Part shown: positions 56,839 through 64,000 of the stretch, piece by piece | How positions within the stretch are numbered: the first letter of the stretch is position 1 | How the letters are laid out: each line of letters begins with the position of its first letter | Assembly: GCA_050250895.1 (NCBI GenBank) | Contig: JBFWNU010000002.1 | Span: forward strand, 64,001-128,000 | Direction of reading: 5' to 3' | DNA: 64,000 nucleotides | Source: Vulcanimicrobiota bacterium | Lineage (GTDB): Bacteria; Vulcanimicrobiota; Xenobia; Xenobiales; JADMJV01 | The notes under the pieces: model-generated | Told to the model about the DNA's origin: nothing | The model's database searches: none | What the model saw: the letters and a program-made list of their open reading frames with translations, nothing else | Position numbers and translations under genes: made by a program

Positions 56839-57215
56839 CCGGCGGCTGCGCCGGCCAGGGCCGCCCCGCCTGGTCCACCCGCGAAAGCCGCCGCGCCGAC
56901 GCCGACACCCACGGCCGCCCCTAGCAGGGTTTTGCCCAGCACTTCACCGGTCACCAGCACGGGATCGGTCTGGCGAGAAAAGGCTCCCACTGCCCCACCC
57001 AGTCCACCGAAGACGGCGCCTCCGATGAAGGCGCTGGTGAGCAGGTCCCCGCCGGCCAGGGCCACGCCGATTCCAGCCGCCGCGCCTACCACCGCCGTCA
57101 CTTTGCTGGCCATCGAACCCGAGGGCTTGAAGGAGTCGACAGGAGCGTTGTCTGGTACCGAGGCGCGCCGCGTTATTGGAGGGGAATAGGAGCGTGAAAA
57201 CCCGTTGATGACCAT
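56790..57215 (-). CDS. small glycine-zipper hydrophobic-helix protein
   Basis: GxxxG-rich helices after a polar leader. Confidence 0.7.
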   Translation of the reverse strand: MVINGFSRSYSPPITRRASVPDNAPVDSFKPSGSMASKVTAVVGAAAGIGVALAGGDLLTSAFIGGAVFGGLGGAVGAFSRQTDPVLVTGEVLGKTLLGAAVGVGVGAAAFAGGPGGAALAGAAAGYLWNPLCKAFSPFPD

Positions 57216-57254
57216 GACCCAAGTCTAGGCCAGGGCGTTGAAAGATTCTTGAAA
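57216..57254 (-). promoter_or_regulatory. heptamer direct repeat plus -10 element, leaderless promoter
   Basis: TTTCAAG-aatc-TTTCAAC-N9-TAGACT-N6-ATG on the minus strand. Confidence 0.65.
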
Positions 57255-57255
57255 T

Positions 57256-59904
57256 CTAGTGAGCGCCGCGACGGCGATAAACCAGCACCCCACCGGCGGG
57301 CAGGTCGAGTTGGGGGCGGGGACCGTGCAGTTGCTCGGGCACGGGCTGGCCTGAGCCGCCAAAGCGCGCGTCGTCGGAGTTAAGCACTAGATCCCAGTGG
57401 CCGTCGAGTTGCAGGCCGTAGCCGTCGAGGCGCTGGTGGTTGAGCGAGCCCACCACCAGATACTCGTCACCGCGAGTGAAGGCCATCACTGAGGCATCGT
57501 CGTTGCAGTGCACCTGGCGGGCCTCCGAGTCTGCCCGCAGAGCCGGGCTGGAATTGCGCAGGTGGATGACCTCGCGGGCGAAGGCGTGATGGTGGGCGCG
57601 CGGCCCGTCGGCCGGCCACTCCCAGCCCACATCCCAGGTCGAAGGGATGCCCCAGCGAAAGGTGTTGGTCGCTAGCGACTCGTCACCCTGGAAAAAGATG
57701 GGCACGCCCGGGCTCAGCATGCCGACGCCAAAAGTCAGGCGCGAGGCCGCCCGGGCCCAGACATCGGGCTCGCCGTCGCCGCTGGCCACTTTGATGGTCC
57801 GCTCGGCGTTGCCCACTTCGTCGTGATTCGAGACCACCGTCACCGAGTTGGCCGAACTCAGAAAGCCGGGGTGCCCGGTCAGGTGGTCCATAAACTTCTG
57901 CATACGAGTGGGGCCGTGGTGGGCTGCCTCTTGCAGCACCGAGGGATTGTGGTGGTCAAAGACCAGGCGGTGTTGAAACTCGGTGTTCCACATGGCGTCG
58001 AAGCCCGCTCCACCCTGGCCATTGGGGCCCACCGGTGTGACCACGATGGGATGGTTGGGAAACTCCTCGGCGGCCATGAAAGCGTCCGGATGGAAGAAAT
58101 CGACCTCGCGGTTGATGCGCCGGAGCATCTCCCAGCCGACCGTTCCTCCGCCGCCATTCTGGTCGTGGATGGGATGGGTAAAGTCCAGGCGCAGGCCGTC
58201 AAAGTGCAGCTCGTCGAGTTGGGCCAGGGCGTGGTCGGTAATAAACTGTCTTACCGGTTCTTTGTCATAGGCGGGCAGCGGCCCCCAGGGGGTAAAGCGC
58301 AGGCCGCCCTGCGACCACGAAAACCAGGGATTGTTCTTGCCATCGCTCTGCCACGAATCGTTGAACTCGCCTCCGAAGTGATTGTAGACCACGTCGTTGA
58401 GCACTCGGAAGCCGCGACCGTGAGCCTCGTCGATGAACCGCTGCAGGGCCTCGAGCCCGCTGACCCAGCGGCCGTCCGAATCCTCGAAGCCGTACTGCTC
58501 GCTGGTGGCCAGAGTGTTGCTACCGATATAGCCCCAGTCGCGCGAGCCCTCGAAGCTGCCGGTCGGCAAGAACTCGAGGGTGTTCACTCCCAGATCCTGG
58601 AAGTAATCCAGCCGCTTTTGCACATCTTCAAAGGTGGTGCGGTCCGTGTTCTTAGCCTGGCCGAAGACCGACCCGACGTGCATCTGATAGATGACCATCT
58701 CGTTGGCGTTCTTAGCCGTGCGAGCCACCTGGTCGTTCTTCCAGTCGAAGCTTGCGTCGCTGAGAATGCCTAGCCTGGGCCAGCGATGGCGGCCGTCGAG
58801 CCGCGCCGAATAGGGGTCGTTAAAGTTCGTCTCTTTGGCCTCTTCGGCCGATAATTGGCCGTCAGCGTTGGCATCGCCCACCAATCGGCCGGCCTGGATC
58901 ATCTCGAAGCGATAGTCGAGACCCTCGAGCCCGGCAGGCAGGGTGGCGGCCCAGGCCTCGCCCTGACGCAGCAGGTGGATGCGGCCGTCGGGTTGGACGT
59001 TCTCGAGCCAAAAGTCATTGGCCTCACGACCGTGAAAGCGACCGACCAGCTGCGAACCACCCTCGCCCAGTCGGGCCAGCAGGCGGCTCTTGTCGAGCAC
59101 GCCCTGTTCATCGCGCAAGGTCAGGGTGACGGTGTCGGCCTGGCCCTGCACTTCAAAGCGCGTGAAGCGCACCGCTCCTTTGATGAACTGGTGAACCTCC
59201 TGTCCGCTGTTGGGGTCGAGATAGAGATCGGCCAGACCGCGCTGGGGGCCCTGGCGTCGCCGCGCGTAGGGGTCCACCCGCAACACCCGCTCGCCTTCGC
59301 TGGTGGTCACCTCGAAGCCGTAGGCCTTGCCCTCGAGGTGGTCCCAGGAGCCGGCTCTACCGCTCCAGTGGCCATCGGCTTGGCGCACCATCGGAAAGCG
59401 CTCGACGCCGTTGCCGGTGACAAAAACGCCATCCACCTGGCGGGCGTTGGGAGCCCAGTAGTCCAGGTCCACGCTGTCCCCTTCGCGGTGGGCACCGCGT
59501 GACTTCAGGGTGGTGGGGGAGTAGGTGGCCTCGGCCTCGTCGCCCAGGCGCAGATTGCCCTCTTCAAAGACCGCCCATCTGCCGTCAGCCACCACGCCCC
59601 ACTCCCAGGGCTTCTGGCCGGGAGCCAGGGCCACCTCGGCCGTCCAACGACCTTGCTCGTCCTGGCGCATCGGCACGGCCGAGTCTTTCCACTCTCGATT
59701 ATAGTTGCCCCCCGCGTCCCACGATCCGAGCAGCGTCACGCCATGCAATTGCCGACCGTCGCCGTCGAAGACGAACTTCACCCGACGGGCGCCCTCGGGT
59801 TCCGTTCGCAGGCGGGCTCCCAGGTGGACCCGTTGGCCATTGGTGGGCACCACGAATTCATCCGCGGGTTTGGATCCGGCAAAGCGAAGAGGTTGGACCT
59901 TCAT
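57256..59904 (-). CDS. GH13 alpha-amylase-family enzyme (branching enzyme/TreZ-like) with CBM48-like N-terminal modules
   Basis: WAPNA, DPY, IYQMHVG, DVVYNH, FDGLRLD, AEE, NHDE, VLNSDD. Confidence 0.9.
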   Translation of the reverse strand: MKVQPLRFAGSKPADEFVVPTNGQRVHLGARLRTEPEGARRVKFVFDGDGRQLHGVTLLGSWDAGGNYNREWKDSAVPMRQDEQGRWTAEVALAPGQKPWEWGVVADGRWAVFEEGNLRLGDEAEATYSPTTLKSRGAHREGDSVDLDYWAPNARQVDGVFVTGNGVERFPMVRQADGHWSGRAGSWDHLEGKAYGFEVTTSEGERVLRVDPYARRRQGPQRGLADLYLDPNSGQEVHQFIKGAVRFTRFEVQGQADTVTLTLRDEQGVLDKSRLLARLGEGGSQLVGRFHGREANDFWLENVQPDGRIHLLRQGEAWAATLPAGLEGLDYRFEMIQAGRLVGDANADGQLSAEEAKETNFNDPYSARLDGRHRWPRLGILSDASFDWKNDQVARTAKNANEMVIYQMHVGSVFGQAKNTDRTTFEDVQKRLDYFQDLGVNTLEFLPTGSFEGSRDWGYIGSNTLATSEQYGFEDSDGRWVSGLEALQRFIDEAHGRGFRVLNDVVYNHFGGEFNDSWQSDGKNNPWFSWSQGGLRFTPWGPLPAYDKEPVRQFITDHALAQLDELHFDGLRLDFTHPIHDQNGGGGTVGWEMLRRINREVDFFHPDAFMAAEEFPNHPIVVTPVGPNGQGGAGFDAMWNTEFQHRLVFDHHNPSVLQEAAHHGPTRMQKFMDHLTGHPGFLSSANSVTVVSNHDEVGNAERTIKVASGDGEPDVWARAASRLTFGVGMLSPGVPIFFQGDESLATNTFRWGIPSTWDVGWEWPADGPRAHHHAFAREVIHLRNSSPALRADSEARQVHCNDDASVMAFTRGDEYLVVGSLNHQRLDGYGLQLDGHWDLVLNSDDARFGGSGQPVPEQLHGPRPQLDLPAGGVLVYRRRGAH

Positions 59905-60072
59905 CGCTTGAAGACCACCACAAAGTAGGCTTCGAGTCCTGGCCCGATTTGTTAAAAGACGGAAGATTGCAAAGTGTAAAGAACTGTTAACAGATTCTGC
60001 AAGTTGGAAACAAAATTCTCCCGCTCCGCCAGCTAGGCTGAAGCTGGTAGCAGTGTGTAAGGAGAGAGAGAA

Positions 60073-61359
60073 ATGGCTAGCTCATCTGTTAGTTCAGCAC
60101 CCAAATCACCCCCCAAAACGTCCGGCTCGACCTCCCGGCCATCGAGTTCGGGAAGTGCCAGCAGGGCCGCCAAACCGGCAGCCGCCAAACCAAAGACAAC
60201 CGCCCCCGCGACCAGGTCAGCGCCCGCTCGCACGAGTGCCTCGCCGTCGCCGAGCGAGAAGCCCTCAAAGGCTGGAACGACACTCAGCCGCGGAATCACG
60301 CAGGCTTATCAGGATTCGAGTGCCCGTGACCGGGCCGGTTCGGCCGCGGCCGCCCAGTCCGTCGGTGGCCAGCGCGACGGTCAGGCCGGCTCGGGCAATG
60401 GCGCCGCTCCCTCGGGCAGTGGCCCTTCGGCCGTGCAGGGACCCGGCGCCACCAGCTCGAGCCCTCAAGCCACGCCCCCATCGACGCACGGGCCCGCGCC
60501 GGGTGGTCCCGCCCAGGGCTTGATTGGCGAGCCCAACAGTCCCTGGCAGCCCGCCACCAGGCCAGGCGAGCAGTATCGCACCCTCAACTCGGTGGACGGC
60601 AAGCACGACTGGTATCAATGGAAGGCTCCCGGTCAGACTCAGGACTCGTTTAGCCGCACCTACAAGGAAGGCGGCAAAGAGGTGCATGAACGCCTCAACG
60701 GCGACCAGCACAAAATCATCCAACACGTCGATCAGGCCTTCAGCAATGCTAAGCAGGACGGCAGTCAGCCCCTCAAAGACAAAGACGGAAAGGACCTGGG
60801 AGTGGCCGTGCACGGAAAGCTGACACCCGAGCAGCTCGGCCAGCTTGGGACGGCTGTCGAGTCGTTGCCTCCCGCCTTGCGCAAGCACGCTAAGGAGGTG
60901 GCGGTGGTCGACCAGCTCGGCAAACAGGGCGTGCGTAAGGACGGCCAGACCGACTGGACCTCGAACACCCTGGGCAAGACCGATAGTAAAGGTAAGATCG
61001 CGCTCGACCGCAGTGTCTTCAATGACCCGAAGCTGCTTAGCGAGACCCTGGCCCACGAGGCCGGTCACGGCCTTCAGGCCGAAAAGGCACCCAACCTGGG
61101 GCCCGAGTGGGGCGACCGCAGCAGTGTTTCGGAATACGGTAAGACCAGTCCGGGCGAGGACTTCGCCGAGACGGCTGCCTACGTGGCCAACAACTGGAAG
61201 AGCCTGGAAAACGGAGGTCATGGCGCTCTGCTTCGCACCGCCGGGGAGCCGATTCCGGGTGCCGCCGAGAGGGGCTCTGACATAACCCACCGTCCGTCAG
61301 CCACCAAGATCTTGCAGGTCTTGCGAGCCATGGATTGGCAGTCGAGCGGCCAGAACTAA
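60073..61359 (+). CDS. HEXXH zincin-like metallopeptidase, paralog 2, with long S/P/A-rich N-terminus
   Basis: LAHEAGH...SVSEYGKTSPGEDFAE; ends WQSSGQN like paralog 1; AAGGAG RBS. Confidence 0.8.
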   Translation: MASSSVSSAPKSPPKTSGSTSRPSSSGSASRAAKPAAAKPKTTAPATRSAPARTSASPSPSEKPSKAGTTLSRGITQAYQDSSARDRAGSAAAAQSVGGQRDGQAGSGNGAAPSGSGPSAVQGPGATSSSPQATPPSTHGPAPGGPAQGLIGEPNSPWQPATRPGEQYRTLNSVDGKHDWYQWKAPGQTQDSFSRTYKEGGKEVHERLNGDQHKIIQHVDQAFSNAKQDGSQPLKDKDGKDLGVAVHGKLTPEQLGQLGTAVESLPPALRKHAKEVAVVDQLGKQGVRKDGQTDWTSNTLGKTDSKGKIALDRSVFNDPKLLSETLAHEAGHGLQAEKAPNLGPEWGDRSSVSEYGKTSPGEDFAETAAYVANNWKSLENGGHGALLRTAGEPIPGAAERGSDITHRPSATKILQVLRAMDWQSSGQN

Positions 61360-61369
61360 GTCGCCCTGG

Positions 61370-62254
61370 TCAGACTCCATAGAACCCACGTAGGTGAGTC
61401 ACGAATCGGTCCAGGGCGGGTGAGGCCAGACGCCACACAAAGAGCACCTCGAGAGCGGGGGCGTCCTCGGGCAAGGCCAGGATCTTCACTCCTGGCCAGT
61501 CCCCGGGGCGCCCCGGGATGTAGATGGGAGCCAGCCCAAGGCCGGCGCTCACCATGAAGATCTGGGTGACTCCGTTGGTGGCGTACTGGCCCACTTCGGG
61601 CTCAAAGCCAGCCTCGCGACAACGGGTCACGAAGCCCGTGTAATAATCGGGTATGATCGCTCCCGGATCGACGAAGATCAACGACTCGCCCTCGAGGTCG
61701 CGCCACCGCAACGAGGCCCGAGAATCCAGCCTGTGACCGGTCGGCACGGCCAAACCCATCTTGCCCGAGCGGACCCGAATTCGCGACAGGCCGGTCAGCA
61801 AGCTGTCGGGCAGGGTCACGAAGCCGGCGTCGATGGTGCCCTCTCGCAGGGCGGCCACCTGCCACAGCGAGGGGTGCACATCCAGACCCACATCGATCTC
61901 GGGGTGCTCGCGCCGAAAACCCCGCAAGAGTTCGGCCAGTTCGGCGTTGGCCAGGTTGGAGATGGCGGCCAGGCGCAGGCGCCCCAACTGACCGCGGCTG
62001 CTGCGCCGGGCGCGCTGCTCGAACCGCTCGACCCGCTTGAGAATGGCTCGTGCGTCAGCCAGCAGGTCGTGGCCGGCAGCGGTCAATTCGGTCTTGCGAG
62101 TCGAGCGGGCGAACAGTTGCAGGCCCAACTCCGACTCGAAATCTTGAATCTGTTGACTCAAGGATGATTGCGCCACCATCTCTCGCTCGGCGGCCCGGGT
62201 GAAGTTCAATTCCTCGGCTACGGCCACAAAGTAGCGCAGATGTCGCAGTTCCAC
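61370..62254 (-). CDS. LysR family transcriptional regulator
   Basis: MELRHLRYFVAVAEELNFTRAA...QSSLSQQI. Confidence 0.95.
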   Translation of the reverse strand: MELRHLRYFVAVAEELNFTRAAEREMVAQSSLSQQIQDFESELGLQLFARSTRKTELTAAGHDLLADARAILKRVERFEQRARRSSRGQLGRLRLAAISNLANAELAELLRGFRREHPEIDVGLDVHPSLWQVAALREGTIDAGFVTLPDSLLTGLSRIRVRSGKMGLAVPTGHRLDSRASLRWRDLEGESLIFVDPGAIIPDYYTGFVTRCREAGFEPEVGQYATNGVTQIFMVSAGLGLAPIYIPGRPGDWPGVKILALPEDAPALEVLFVWRLASPALDRFVTHLRGFYGV

Positions 62255-62310
62255 AATTAATCTCCGTTGGCGATTAATTCTATATCAATTAGATATTTCC
62301 CTTATCAATC
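62255..62310. promoter_or_regulatory. AT-rich LysR operator region
   Basis: AATTAATC-N9-GATTAATT inverted repeat between divergent lysR and MFS genes. Confidence 0.6.
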
Positions 62311-62334
62311 CGAAGGCGCTATGCTCAGAGCGAG

Positions 62335-63501
62335 ATGCGAGAGATTTCCCCCCGGCTGCTCTGGCTTTTGACCACTACGGCCGCCGTCACCGCCGCCAAC
62401 ATCTATATCAGCCAGCCGCTGCTCGAAGAGATCGGCCATAGCTTCGGCCAACTACCGGCCCGCACCGGACTGGTCCTCACCCTGACCCAGCTTGGCTATG
62501 TGGCCGGGCTCGTTCTGCTGGCACCCCTCGGCGACGTGGTCGAGAAGAAGAAGTTGCTGCTGGCCATGCTCGGGGTCGACATCCTGGTGACTCTGGCCGC
62601 CGGCTTGACCACGAGCTTTGCGGTGTTCCTGACTCTAGCCTTCGCGGTTGGTTTTACCAACGTGCAGGCGCAACTGGTCTTTCCCTATGTGGCGGGCCAC
62701 CAGAACGGCAGTCGTAATCTGGGGATGGTGCTCAGCGCCTGTCTGGTGGGAGTGCTTTTGTCGCGAACCTTGAGCGGGCTGGTGGGCGAGCACCTCGGCT
62801 GGAGGGCCGTCTATGTGGTGATGGCCCTCGGATTGAGTCTGCTGGCCCTGGTGCTCTACCGCACCATGCCCGTCGCTCCGCCTGATGACAGACTGTCTTA
62901 CTCCGAGCTGCTGGCCTCGCTCTATGGGTTGTTCCTCAGTCGTCCGCAGGTGCGCTCCATCGCCCTCACGGGCGCGCTCATCTACGGGTCGCTAATGGCC
63001 TTCTGGGCCTCGCTCGCCTTCTATCTGCAGGGGCCAGCTTTCGGCCTGAGACCCGACGCCGTCGGCGCCTTCGGCTTGATCGGGCTGGCCGGCGCCCTGG
63101 CCTCGAACTTGACCGGACGCTACCTCGATCGCCTTCAGGTCAAGCAGTTCTTGCTCGCTCTGATCGCTTTGATGCTGCTTTCCTACTTGGTATTACTGGT
63201 CTCGGGTCCGTCGATTCCGGTCCTGGTGGTGGCCGTCGTGCTGCTCGACCTGGGCGCTCAGGGAGCCAGTATTTCAAATCAATCCGAGATTTACCGACTC
63301 TACAACGACGCCCGCACCCGGCTCAACACCATCTACAAAGTCGTCTACTTTCTCGGCGCCGCCCTGGGCTCGGCTCTATCCACCTGGGCCTGGCAGCACC
63401 AGGGCTGGTCCGGGGTTTGCCTGGTCGGAATCGGCATGCTCCTGTTGGCCGGACTCAACCTCAAGCTGCAGCCCACCTACGAGCCCGCCGTGGCGGCCTA
63501 G
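62335..63501 (+). CDS. MFS transporter
   Basis: About 12 TM helices; ANIYISQPLL, PLGDVVEKKK, GVLLSRTLSG. Confidence 0.93.
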   Translation: MREISPRLLWLLTTTAAVTAANIYISQPLLEEIGHSFGQLPARTGLVLTLTQLGYVAGLVLLAPLGDVVEKKKLLLAMLGVDILVTLAAGLTTSFAVFLTLAFAVGFTNVQAQLVFPYVAGHQNGSRNLGMVLSACLVGVLLSRTLSGLVGEHLGWRAVYVVMALGLSLLALVLYRTMPVAPPDDRLSYSELLASLYGLFLSRPQVRSIALTGALIYGSLMAFWASLAFYLQGPAFGLRPDAVGAFGLIGLAGALASNLTGRYLDRLQVKQFLLALIALMLLSYLVLLVSGPSIPVLVVAVVLLDLGAQGASISNQSEIYRLYNDARTRLNTIYKVVYFLGAALGSALSTWAWQHQGWSGVCLVGIGMLLLAGLNLKLQPTYEPAVAA

Positions 63502-63998
63502 CCGGAAGTCAAGAACTCGAGGTCGCGGATTACTTCGCTATGGGCGAAGGGGTCGAGGCCAGCTTGACCTTCGAAGTGGCTGAGTGTGTGTTGCTTGTCG
63601 GGCCGCAGCTTGGCGGGAAAGACCCCCGGCGAGAAACACAACTCGAAATCCCCTCGGACCAGGCTCTCTAGCGGACTATCGCTGGCAGGCTCGCGCCAGC
63701 CGCGGTCCAGCAGTTCGAGCAGAGCCTGCTGAGCTACCTGGCGGCCGAGATAGTGGTGGATGGCGTAGCTGGGTCCAAACGCCTGGCGGCCGAGCTGTTC
63801 GAATGGCTGGAGCAGCTGGTAGTCGGCAAAAACGTCTCCCCAGCGCCTGGCCAGGACGGAGTCATACTCCAGGGGATGGATCAGGCCAATCTCCGCCTCG
63901 TTCTCGAGTTCGAAGGCGTTGTCATCGAGGTCGGCCAGCGAGTTGTCCTCGGCGATGCGAAAGGTTGCCTGAGGGCGGTCTTGCTGGTAGGTGGCCCA
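63498..63998 (-). CDS. 3' end of a DUF4132-like protein
   Basis: Not in the ORF track; manual translation gives WATY...TFRIAEDNSL.D.DD...IHPLE...W...FADY.LLQPFEQLGR...SEVIRDLE. Confidence 0.75.
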   Translation of the reverse strand, partial: WATYQQDRPQATFRIAEDNSLADLDDNAFELENEAEIGLIHPLEYDSVLARRWGDVFADYQLLQPFEQLGRQAFGPSYAIHHYLGRQVAQQALLELLDRGWREPASDSPLESLVRGDFELCFSPGVFPAKLRPDKQHTLSHFEGQAGLDPFAHSEVIRDLEFLTSG

Positions 63999-64000
63999 CA

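Noticed and set aside
63417-63671. 84-aa plus-strand ORF
   Set aside because: It is the antisense shadow of the DUF4132-like gene end.

Overview
GC-rich bacterial window of mostly accessory, non-housekeeping genes. The gene style is reminiscent of Vulcanimicrobiota/Eremiobacterota; this is inference only. Recognisable content: an ECF sigma factor with a very large anti-sigma fusion; three histidine kinases, a REC-TPR-BTAD (SARP-like) regulator and an OmpR-family regulator; a minor type IV pilin/PilC cluster divergent from an NDP-sugar modification operon; GH3, GH13 and GT1 enzymes; one intact and one internally deleted PIN/VapBC toxin-antitoxin locus; one intact and one decayed DUF222-like HNH gene; an orphan Rhs C-terminal toxin with a candidate immunity gene; and a LysR/MFS pair. 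No rRNA, tRNA or CRISPR array was seen. Four signals stand out. (1) Scattered, unrelated, effector-like proteins without Sec signals share a P/S/R-rich N-terminal leader ending in D-x-[VF] (DRVTL twice), and two share a C-terminal LxExDxxLVVGDxxL tail. (2) Three of these genes share an identically spaced leaderless promoter, heptamer-N4-heptamer-N9-TAGNCT-N6-ATG, suggesting a co-regulated secreted-effector regulon. (3) A 130-137 bp structured non-coding mobile element with covarying stems occurs as a head-to-tail array and as a clean insertion without target-site duplication in the HNH pseudogene. (4) An array of about 14 palindromic 40-41 bp repeats. All calls are by eye; no database search was run.
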